Positions 27,353 through 35,708 of a DNA stretch of 64,000 nucleotides are shown in pieces. The position numbers were made by a program, and so were the translations under genes. The stretch's first letter is position 1. Every line of letters begins with the position of its first letter. Under the pieces are notes generated by a model. That model made no database searches, had not been told where the DNA came from, and was given only the letters and a program-made list of their open reading frames with translations. Location of the stretch: the NCBI GenBank assembly GCA_002299555.1, contig DBOL01000107.1:1310-65309 (forward strand), given 5' to 3'. Source of the DNA: Candidatus Aminicenantes bacterium UBA647. GTDB lineage: Bacteria; Acidobacteriota; Aminicenantia; UBA2199.

Positions 27353-29323
27353 ATGTATAAAAGGATCAACGGAAAAAAAAATACTGGCATTACAAAAAAA
27401 AAAATCGGCTTTGTTACTCTCAAGGAAGCAACACCTGATATCTATGAAGATCTAGGTTTTAAATGTGGACTGGAAGTTCATCAGCAGCTTTTAACCGAGC
27501 AAAAATTGTTCTGCAGATGCCCAGCAGGGAAATATCAGAAAGGTGATGATTTTCAAGCAGAGATCGTTCGTCATATGAGACCTACCCTCAGCGAGCTGGG
27601 AGAATACGATGGCACGGCATTGATGGAATTCAAAACCAGAAAAAATATTACTTACAGACTGAAAAATGAAAATGCCTGTACATATGAGATAGATGATACG
27701 CCCCCATTTCCTCTGAATAGGGAAGCATTGGGGATATCCATTGAGATCGCCCTTCTATTAAAAACCTCTATAGTAGGAGAATTACACATCACAAGAAAGC
27801 AATATCTTGACGGCAGCATCCCTACAGGTTTTCAGAGAACAGCGATCGTGGGGATCGAAGGTCTGATCCCAATAAGAAATAAAAAGATCCGGATAATTCA
27901 GATGAGCATTGAAGAAGATTCCTGCAGGGAGATATCGGACATCGGGCATGAAAGAATATACTCAACAGACAGACTTGGGGTCCCGTTAATAGAAACTGTA
28001 ACATATCCTGACATGAAAACACCTGCCGAGGCCGCAGAAGCCGGGCAATACATCCGTTTCCTGGCCAGGAGTACCGGGAAAGTGAGAACCGGGATAGGAG
28101 CCGGGAGGGAAGATGTCAATGTAAGTATCAAAGGCGGAACAAGGGTTGAGATCAAAGGAGTATCCAGAATTAAGTGGATACCTCCATTAACCCATGTGGA
28201 AGCTTTCAGACAGAAAGCACTTCTTGAAATAAAAAAGATATTAGAGGAGAGAACGAAAAATGTACCTGAATGGGAAATAAGGTCAACACCTGTTGATAAC
28301 TCCATTCTGATCAAAGCAGGATTGCCATTAAAGAAGGAGTACAAAGCATCAGGGATAAGATTGCCCGGATTCAGAGCCATCCTCTCCTTTTTTACACAAC
28401 CTGAAAAAACATTTGCAGATGAGTTGAGTGAAAGGGTAAAAGTAATTGCCTGCATTGAGAAACCAAATATTGTTCATGATGAAGATTCTTCTTCAAAAAT
28501 ACCGGATGAGGTTTTTAGCGATATTTACACAAAAACCGGTGGAGATGAGAAAGATGCATTTTTAGTTGTTTTCGGCCCAGCCGGAGATATTGCAATGGCA
28601 GAGGAGACGATCCGGGAAAGGTGCCTCCTTGCATTTCAAGGAGTCCCGAATGAAACCAGGAAAGCTGTTAACAGAGAAGGTACAACTATATTTGAACGGG
28701 TTCTCCCCGGACCGAACAGGATGTATCCCGATACTGATTCTGCCCCGATCGCAATAGATGACGGCTATATAAGTAAATTGGGGAGTGACCTCCCGTCAGA
28801 TATTTATGATAGAGAAAAAATCATGAAAAACTGGAATATCCCCGAAGATACGTTCCCCTACATCCATGTAAGAAATATTTTCCCGGTCATTAAAAAAATA
28901 TCCGAGGAACTTTCATATTCCCCTTCATTTGTAGGAACAATCGTTGGACACCGCATAAAGAATGTCGACGGGAAAAATGCAATATCCCCCGGTTTTGATC
29001 ATTCAAGATTATTTGATATTTTTGAATTTTGTGAAAAAAAGAAATTAGACAGCGAACTGGTTAAGCTTATGATACCTGTTCTCCTGATCCATCCTAATAT
29101 GGACCCCGAGTCGATCTTATCTACCATCAAATTCAAAAAAAGGGATAAAAAAGAGATAATTTCAAATATCCCTCTCCTCGATAAACAATTCAATACTATT
29201 TCTAAAAAAAATGATCCCGGTGCAAAAAAGAGATGGATAATGGGACAATTGAGGCCGATAGCCGTTGGGAACATCTCCTTAAGAGAGCTGAGCAATACAA
29301 TAAACGGAGGCGGCAATGGATGA
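27353..29323 (+). CDS. gatE: Glutamyl-tRNA(Gln) amidotransferase subunit E (archaeal-type GatE)
   Basis: ORF from TTG 27341; ATG at 27353. GFKCGLEVHQQL..KLFCRCP, RHMRPTLSELGEYD, DDTPPFPLNREAL, ITRKQYLDGSIPTGFQRTAIV, DRLGVPLIETVTYPD and REDVNVSIKGGTRVEIKGV align block for block with archaeal GatE as I recall it. The ~656 aa length fits GatE, not the ~480-aa GatB. Confidence 0.85.
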   Translation: MYKRINGKKNTGITKKKIGFVTLKEATPDIYEDLGFKCGLEVHQQLLTEQKLFCRCPAGKYQKGDDFQAEIVRHMRPTLSELGEYDGTALMEFKTRKNITYRLKNENACTYEIDDTPPFPLNREALGISIEIALLLKTSIVGELHITRKQYLDGSIPTGFQRTAIVGIEGLIPIRNKKIRIIQMSIEEDSCREISDIGHERIYSTDRLGVPLIETVTYPDMKTPAEAAEAGQYIRFLARSTGKVRTGIGAGREDVNVSIKGGTRVEIKGVSRIKWIPPLTHVEAFRQKALLEIKKILEERTKNVPEWEIRSTPVDNSILIKAGLPLKKEYKASGIRLPGFRAILSFFTQPEKTFADELSERVKVIACIEKPNIVHDEDSSSKIPDEVFSDIYTKTGGDEKDAFLVVFGPAGDIAMAEETIRERCLLAFQGVPNETRKAVNREGTTIFERVLPGPNRMYPDTDSAPIAIDDGYISKLGSDLPSDIYDREKIMKNWNIPEDTFPYIHVRNIFPVIKKISEELSYSPSFVGTIVGHRIKNVDGKNAISPGFDHSRLFDIFEFCEKKKLDSELVKLMIPVLLIHPNMDPESILSTIKFKKRDKKEIISNIPLLDKQFNTISKKNDPGAKKRWIMGQLRPIAVGNISLRELSNTINGGGNG

Positions 29324-30698
29324 TCTGTTCAAAGGATATAAAGGCGAAACATTAAAGTTATTGAAGAAATTTAATGTCAGGGTATGGAGTGAAGTAGATA
29401 TAAAAAGTTCCAGAGGAGAATTCTCAGGGATAATATTGCCCAGATCAGAAAATGATGATGAAACTCATCTGGTAATAAAACTTGTCACCGGATATAACAT
29501 AGGACTTGAAACCGGAACAATAAAAAATATTATAGAAAAAGGATTCAAAGAGGCAAATTATAAAATTCCCGAGAAAGAATTCCCTTATTCAGAGGGAAAA
29601 CCAAACCTGAAACTTTTCGGTACCGGAGGAACAATAGCCTCACGTCTCGACTATAGAACCGGTGCAGTTATCCCTGCATTTTCTCCCGGTGAGTTGTATG
29701 GAGCAGTTCCGGAACTTGCCGATATATGTAATTTATCCACAGAAAAGCTATTTGCGGTTTTCAGTGAGAATATGGGCCCGGAACAATATATAGTCCTTGC
29801 AAAAGCTATTGGGGAACAGATCAGAAATGGAATAGACGGAATAATAATCGGACATGGAACAGATACAATGCATCATACGGCATCAGCTCTCTCCTTCATG
29901 GTCCAGAACTCCCCTGTGCCGATCGTAATGGTAGGCTCACAAAGATCTTCGGACAGACCTTCCTCAGATGCGGCACTTAACCTTATCCATGCGGCTACAA
30001 CAGCAGCAATTTCTGATATTGCAGAGGTTTCTGTATGCATGTTCGGCCCAACTTCAGATGATTACGGACTTATACACAGGGGAACAAGGGTGAGGAAAAT
30101 GCACTCATCCTATCGGTCCGCTTTCAGGACGATCGGAGATGTCCCTATCGCAACAGTGGTAAGAGACAAAGTTACTAAGATCAGGAACGACTACAACAAA
30201 AGAAGGAATGACAAAGATGTAAATATTCTCCCGTATTTTGAGGAAAAAATAGCATTAATATACTATTATCCGAATATGCAGCCGGATATGATCGATTCTC
30301 TGATAGAGAAGGGATATAAAGGGATCGTAATTGCAGGGACAGGACTTGGGCATGTGAACAAGCCTCTCTATCCTGCACTGGAAAGAGCCCAGAAAGCAGG
30401 CGTTGCTGTTTATATGACCGTTCAGACATTGTGGGGATTTGTACATATGTTCGTTTATGATACAGGAAGAGACATGATGAGCAAAGGTGTTATCCCTTCA
30501 GAGAATATGCTGCCTGAAGTCGCATATATAAAACTGGGATGGGCTTTGGGGCAGACAGATGATCTTGAAAAAGTGAAAGATATCATGCTCACACCCATTG
30601 CAGGCGAGATCACCAGCAGAGAACCTTACAACGGATATCTTATATATCAGGGCGGGATCCCTGAAGTCGAAGAACTGCTGAAAAAATACCATAAATAA
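29316..30698 (+). CDS. gatD: Glutamyl-tRNA(Gln) amidotransferase subunit D (archaeal-type GatD, asparaginase fold)
   Basis: 460 aa. GatD-specific N-terminal domain: GEFSGIILPRSENDDETHLVIKLVTGYNIG. L-asparaginase core: LFGTGGTIASRLDYRTGAV, IIGHGTDTMHHTA. The start overlaps the gatE stop by 8 nt (ATGGATGA) and GGAGG lies upstream. Confidence 0.85.
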   Translation: MDDLFKGYKGETLKLLKKFNVRVWSEVDIKSSRGEFSGIILPRSENDDETHLVIKLVTGYNIGLETGTIKNIIEKGFKEANYKIPEKEFPYSEGKPNLKLFGTGGTIASRLDYRTGAVIPAFSPGELYGAVPELADICNLSTEKLFAVFSENMGPEQYIVLAKAIGEQIRNGIDGIIIGHGTDTMHHTASALSFMVQNSPVPIVMVGSQRSSDRPSSDAALNLIHAATTAAISDIAEVSVCMFGPTSDDYGLIHRGTRVRKMHSSYRSAFRTIGDVPIATVVRDKVTKIRNDYNKRRNDKDVNILPYFEEKIALIYYYPNMQPDMIDSLIEKGYKGIVIAGTGLGHVNKPLYPALERAQKAGVAVYMTVQTLWGFVHMFVYDTGRDMMSKGVIPSENMLPEVAYIKLGWALGQTDDLEKVKDIMLTPIAGEITSREPYNGYLIYQGGIPEVEELLKKYHK

Positions 30699-30699
30699 T

Positions 30700-32190
30700 T
30701 TGAAACAGAAAAAGAAGATCTTTTCATCCCCTTATCTTTGGGCCTTCACAACATATTTCCAGGAGGGATTCCCTTATTCTATAATAAGAACAGTATCGGG
30801 GGTATTTTTCAGAGATATGAAAGTTTCTCTCGAATCTATCGGACTGACTCCCCTGTTCGGACTACCATGGATATTAAAATTTCTATGGAGTCCGCAGGTA
30901 GACAATTATAGTTCTAAAAAAAGATGGATGGTGATCTCTCAGGGGCTGATCGTAATAATGCTCCTGCTTGCTGCAATATTTGCACCTCTTGAAAACAACA
31001 TTTCTCTTATCGCCGGACTTTTCTTCCTCGGAGCCTTTGTAGCTGCAACCAATGATATTGCTATAGACGGCTACTATATGGAAGCGCTTGATGAAGAGGG
31101 ACAGTCAAAATTTGTCGGATACAGAGTGATGGCTTACAGGATCGCCTGGATGACAGGACCAGGAGTGATCGCAACTATAGGAACCACTATAAGTTGGTTC
31201 CTTGCATTTCTTACAGGTGCCGCTATCTATCTGGTTTTTACTGTTTATCATCTGTTTTTCCTTGCCGAGGCCGGCAAGAAGGGTGAAAGTTTTATATTCA
31301 TGTTCAAGCGGATGATAAAGGTAAGAACATTTGTTTTTCTGATATCAACAATTTCAATTATAGTCGGGATCAGACTTTTTTTCAGTTCGCCATTCTATTC
31401 AGAACTGAAAGAAAGTATTCCGATACTTAAGAAATTTTACTTCTCACACTGGATAGCATTAATATTACTTTTTGCTCTCATCCTTCTGGCCATTTTCAGA
31501 AAAAGTTTAAAATCCAAACTTATAGGGAACAGAGATTCCAACTATGGCAAAGCATTCTACTATTTCATGGAGAGAGAAAAAATTTCATTAATACTTGCCT
31601 TCCTGATCCTGCTGAGGGCGGGTGAATGGGCTGTTACAGTAATGGTTGCTCCATTAATAGTTGATATAGGTATCAAGTCACACTATGGGTGGATAAGCGG
31701 AGGGATCGGACTCCCGTCATCTATTGTCGGAGCTATGCTTGGTGGATGGATGATATCACGCTATTCACTGAAAAGAGTGATCTGGCCATTCATATTACTT
31801 CAGAATCTTACAAACCTTGTATATATGACTCTGGCGATCCACCTGAGTTCTTTCATCAGGATAAACACAGGTGCAGATACTGTCGTCCCTATCGGTACCA
31901 TGAATCTCATATTTACTGCTGCAGTCCACTCTTTTGATCAGTTTGCCAGCGGATTAGGGACAGCAGTGCTCATGACCTACCTTATGAGGATATGCCATGC
32001 TGAATTCAAGGCTACCCACTATGCCATTGGAACCGGTTTGATGAACCTCAGCGGCCTTTTTGCAGGTATCTCAAGCGGTTTCATTGCAGGATGGCTCGGA
32101 TATGCCTGGCTCTTCGGGATAAGCTTTGCATTCTCAATTCCCGCAATGGTCATGATTCCTTTTCTCCCCTATCTTACCCGAAGAAAATAA
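30700..32190 (+). CDS. AmpG-family MFS transporter (muropeptide permease-like)
   Basis: 496 aa (TTG start), polytopic. GLPWILKFLWSPQVD and ATNDIAIDGYY match the AmpG FKFLWSPLMD / ASQDIVFDAW blocks. Confidence 0.75.
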   Translation: MKQKKKIFSSPYLWAFTTYFQEGFPYSIIRTVSGVFFRDMKVSLESIGLTPLFGLPWILKFLWSPQVDNYSSKKRWMVISQGLIVIMLLLAAIFAPLENNISLIAGLFFLGAFVAATNDIAIDGYYMEALDEEGQSKFVGYRVMAYRIAWMTGPGVIATIGTTISWFLAFLTGAAIYLVFTVYHLFFLAEAGKKGESFIFMFKRMIKVRTFVFLISTISIIVGIRLFFSSPFYSELKESIPILKKFYFSHWIALILLFALILLAIFRKSLKSKLIGNRDSNYGKAFYYFMEREKISLILAFLILLRAGEWAVTVMVAPLIVDIGIKSHYGWISGGIGLPSSIVGAMLGGWMISRYSLKRVIWPFILLQNLTNLVYMTLAIHLSSFIRINTGADTVVPIGTMNLIFTAAVHSFDQFASGLGTAVLMTYLMRICHAEFKATHYAIGTGLMNLSGLFAGISSGFIAGWLGYAWLFGISFAFSIPAMVMIPFLPYLTRRK

Positions 32191-32338
32191 AAGCGAAACT
32201 TTTTCGGTACCTCAAACGTCTAATAAGTGTGAATACAGTTTTTTTGTAATTCCTCCTGGGAATTTAAAGATATAAGGAAGGGGCATTGCCCGGTGTCCCT
32301 TCCGGTTCCCGGTCAACCAATCATCACTTTAACTAGTT

Positions 32339-32367
32339 TTGCACTTTTCTCTTTGAAATTGTATATA
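32339..32367 (+). promoter_or_regulatory. Putative sigma-70 promoter for the hybrid kinase gene
   Basis: TTGCAC, a 17-nt spacer, then TATATA (overlapping TATAAT), ending 25 nt upstream of ATG 32392. Confidence 0.35.
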
Positions 32368-32391
32368 TAATATAAGTACTCAGGGAAAAAC

Positions 32392-34425
32392 ATGAAAAAC
32401 TCCGAGAATATCAAAGAACTGAATAAAGAAATTTCCAATCTGAAGAAAGAGTTGGATAAAATAAGGAAGGACATCAGCAATCAGAAAATAATTGAAAGAC
32501 GATTAAAAGATCGAGAGGATGAGTTACTTTCGATTACCGACTCAAGCATTGATACTATTTTCATTGTCAATAAAAAGGGTGTTTTTGAATTTATAAGTAA
32601 AGGGATCACCGATAGTTCCGGATTCCTGCCGGAAGAATTGGTTGGAAGATCATTTGCACAGTTTGTCCCCGGGCAAGAGGTCCCAAAATATCTGAAAATA
32701 CTTAAAGATGTCTTCATGGGAAAAAAGATCAAAAGTTTCGAAACCTTTGTTCATGACAAAGAGAAGAATTTGATCCCCGTTGAGATCACGGGACAGATGT
32801 TTAAAAGAGGGAAAAAACTCGTTGGAGTAGGAAGCATAAGAGATATTCGTACTAGAATAAACACACAAAAAAAACTGGAAGAATCTGTAGAAAGTTACAA
32901 AGAATTATTTAACAATGCCATTGACTCGATCTACATACAGGATGAGAACGGGATATTCCTTGATGTTAACCAGGGAGCAGTTGAAATGTATGGATACACC
33001 AAAGAGTTCCTTATCGGAAAGACTCCTGAGATCCTCTCTGCACCGGGTAAAAATGATATGGAAATGGTAAAGAACTCTCTGAAGAAGACATTAAAAGGGG
33101 AACCTCAGCAATTCGAATTCTGGGGGAAAAGAAAAAATGGAGAAATATTCCCGAAGATCGTAAGGTTAAGTAAGGGGAAATTCTTCGGGAAAAAAGTAGT
33201 ATTTGCTTTCTCTCTTGACATCACTGAAAGAAAAAAAGCAGAAGAAGAGAGGTTTGCAATTGAATCTCAGATCAGGCATACCCAAAAACTGGAAAGTCTT
33301 GGAATACTTGCAGGAGGAATAGCTCATGATTTCAACAATCTCCTGACCGGTATCCTGGGAAATGCAGGACTGGCAAGAATGGCTGCACCCCCCGGGAATC
33401 AGGTGTTGAATAGTATTAAGCACATAGAGACAACAGCAGTAAGGGCAGCAGATCTTTGTAATCAGCTACTTGCATATTCAGGTAAAGGTAAATTTCTTAT
33501 CCTTCCTATCAATATTAACAACGTTATTAAAGAGATGACAAAACTATTAGAGGCATCTCTGCCGAAAAAGATCAGTATCAAATATGAGTTTTCAAAAGAA
33601 CTACCTGTTATTGAAGTTGATGTATCACAGATAAGACAGATCATAATGAACCTGATACTTAATGCTTCTGATTCTATTGGAAGCAATAAGGGGATGATAA
33701 CAATAAGTACCGGGATTTCGGATGAACTATCAATGAAAAAAAACGCAAGTTTTTTCCTTACAGAAAATATAAAACGCGGTAAATATGTTCACTTTGAAAT
33801 ATCAGATAACGGGAAAGGGATTGATCACAAATTAAAAGAGAAGATCTTTGACCCGTTCTTCACAACCAAATCAAAAGGCAAGGGACTCGGCCTGTCAGCA
33901 GTAATTGGAATTGTAAAAAGCCATGGAGGACTGATCAGCATAAAAAGTAAAATCAATGAAGGGACAGAATTCCGGATCTGCTTCCCCGAGTCAGTAAAAA
34001 CTCCCATAGATGATGGCATTGAATCCAGATCTTCCGGAAAATTAGAAGGTGAAGGGACTATACTCGTTGCAGATGATGAGAGATCGATCAGATCATTGTG
34101 CAGCGATATTCTGGAAAGATCCGGGTTCAAGGTTATCACTGCAATCAATGGTAATGATGCAATAAAAAAATTTACTGATCATTCCCAAGAAATAGTTCTT
34201 GCCCTTATCGATATGACGATGCCTGAAAAGAACGGAATTGAGGTTATGCAGGAGATCAGTTCAATAAGACCCGGTGTTAAAGCGATCCTTTCAAGTGGCT
34301 ATACCAAGAATGAATCTATAGAAAACTTTTCAAGGCTTGGATTTCGCGCATTTCTTCCTAAACCGTATTCTCCAGAGAAACTTATTAAAATAGTAGTAAA
34401 TGTACTCAATGAAAAGGAAAAATAA
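32392..34425 (+). CDS. Hybrid sensor histidine kinase/response regulator (coiled coil, 2x PAS, HisKA-like, HATPase_c, REC)
   Basis: 677 aa, soluble. Two PAS blocks (the second ends ...SLDITERKKAEEE). H-box AHDFNNLLTGILGN. G-boxes DNGKGID and GKGLGLS. C-terminal receiver ILVADDERSIR...LIDMTMPEKNG...KPY. Confidence 0.85.
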   Translation: MKNSENIKELNKEISNLKKELDKIRKDISNQKIIERRLKDREDELLSITDSSIDTIFIVNKKGVFEFISKGITDSSGFLPEELVGRSFAQFVPGQEVPKYLKILKDVFMGKKIKSFETFVHDKEKNLIPVEITGQMFKRGKKLVGVGSIRDIRTRINTQKKLEESVESYKELFNNAIDSIYIQDENGIFLDVNQGAVEMYGYTKEFLIGKTPEILSAPGKNDMEMVKNSLKKTLKGEPQQFEFWGKRKNGEIFPKIVRLSKGKFFGKKVVFAFSLDITERKKAEEERFAIESQIRHTQKLESLGILAGGIAHDFNNLLTGILGNAGLARMAAPPGNQVLNSIKHIETTAVRAADLCNQLLAYSGKGKFLILPININNVIKEMTKLLEASLPKKISIKYEFSKELPVIEVDVSQIRQIIMNLILNASDSIGSNKGMITISTGISDELSMKKNASFFLTENIKRGKYVHFEISDNGKGIDHKLKEKIFDPFFTTKSKGKGLGLSAVIGIVKSHGGLISIKSKINEGTEFRICFPESVKTPIDDGIESRSSGKLEGEGTILVADDERSIRSLCSDILERSGFKVITAINGNDAIKKFTDHSQEIVLALIDMTMPEKNGIEVMQEISSIRPGVKAILSSGYTKNESIENFSRLGFRAFLPKPYSPEKLIKIVVNVLNEKEK

Positions 34426-34501
34426 ACCCTTAAAATGGGGTTGACTGCCCCCGCAAAATTTACGCCATTGTGTAGGCTATATTGCTATAGGATATAAATG
34501 A

Positions 34502-35704
34502 TCAGAGATTTACAGAATTGATAAATTTTTCACCTAACTCTGATGGATCGATCCTGTTGAGTGTCGTATTTATTTTTAGAAAATAAGATTTGCTGAATTT
34601 ATCCACTGCCGGGATGTGAACATTCATTTTGTATAATTTTTCTCTAAAAATCGGGGATTGTGATAATGAAATTAATGGCTTGAGGATAAAAACATTTGTA
34701 CCGTCCCTGAAAGTCTCTATTTTGAACTTTCTGCTTTCTTCAAGTATTTTTTTGAATTTTTTAAAATTTTTCAGAGCAGATCTGTATTCAGTTAAAAATC
34801 CTCTTGAATAATAATGAGCAACAGATGCAAAAGGCCAAACCTGAGGCATCCCGCCGCCAAACATTCTCCTCTCATGGTAAAGGCCATTGATAAAACTTTT
34901 ATCTCCCAGTAGAACAGCGCCTGAAGCAGCATTGAAATTCTTATAGAGGGATATGTATATAGTATCAAACAGGGAACAGATCTCAGAAACATCTACTCCG
35001 GAGTGAACAGAAACATTGAACAATCGTGCTCCATCAAGATGCATCTTTATTCCATTTGATCTTGCAAATTCAGATATCTTCCTTATCTCACCCATATCGA
35101 ACATCCTGTTCATCTGTCTCCTTACAGGTGATTCGATAACAATGCATCCGACACCCCTTTTCACTCTACTGTCCCCGGCCCATTTAAGAACTTTTTTGAC
35201 ATCATCCAGAGTAAACCCCACTGCGCCATGGTTTAAGGGGATCAGATTTATTCCACTAAGATCTTGAACGCAGTCACCCGAATCGTTATAGATATGGCTC
35301 TCTCCCTGAACGATAACCCTTTTTTTTTTCGCCGTCAGGGTTTTTATGGCAATATGATTCGCCAGAGTCCCGGTTGGAACGAACATGCCATCTTCTTTCC
35401 CGGTCATCTCTGCGAAGATTTTTTCAAGTTTCCCGACATCACCCTCTCTGGAATAATTATCAACTTCCACTTCCCCTTTGGATGACAACTTATATAATAA
35501 TGAGGAATATTCCAGGGGTGACAGATCCAACCCGTCACGGGTAAACTTTATTGCAGACCTGTCCCTTGCAAGTTGGTCAGATTCTTTATTGGAACTTGAT
35601 ATCTGCCCTGATCGTAATAATGCTCCACCTGAAAATATAGATAAACCTCCAACCTTAATAAAATTTCTCCTTCCAAACTTTGTGGCAGTTTTTTCTTTAA
35701 ACAT
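34502..35704 (-). CDS. Tat-signal-bearing PLP-dependent threonine aldolase / beta-eliminating lyase family protein
   Basis: ORF from TTG 35728; ATG at 35704 (MFKEKTATKFGRRNFIKVGGLSIFSGGALL is a twin-arginine motif). The mature part has the threonine-aldolase pattern: FVPTGTLANHIAI, HLDGARLFN, YISLYKNFNAASG (PLP-Lys). Confidence 0.7.
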   Translation of the reverse strand: MFKEKTATKFGRRNFIKVGGLSIFSGGALLRSGQISSSNKESDQLARDRSAIKFTRDGLDLSPLEYSSLLYKLSSKGEVEVDNYSREGDVGKLEKIFAEMTGKEDGMFVPTGTLANHIAIKTLTAKKKRVIVQGESHIYNDSGDCVQDLSGINLIPLNHGAVGFTLDDVKKVLKWAGDSRVKRGVGCIVIESPVRRQMNRMFDMGEIRKISEFARSNGIKMHLDGARLFNVSVHSGVDVSEICSLFDTIYISLYKNFNAASGAVLLGDKSFINGLYHERRMFGGGMPQVWPFASVAHYYSRGFLTEYRSALKNFKKFKKILEESRKFKIETFRDGTNVFILKPLISLSQSPIFREKLYKMNVHIPAVDKFSKSYFLKINTTLNRIDPSELGEKFINSVNL

Positions 35705-35708
35705 TTTA

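Noticed and set aside
32248-32303. Two stable hairpins (AATTCC-tcctg-GGAATT, and GGAAGGGGCA-ttgcccgg-TGTCCCTTCC) in a locally GC-rich patch between the ampG-like gene and the hybrid kinase gene
   Set aside because: They could be a terminator or a small structured RNA. However, no U-tract follows on either strand, no known riboswitch or leader pattern is evident, and I cannot test covariation. They are left unassigned.
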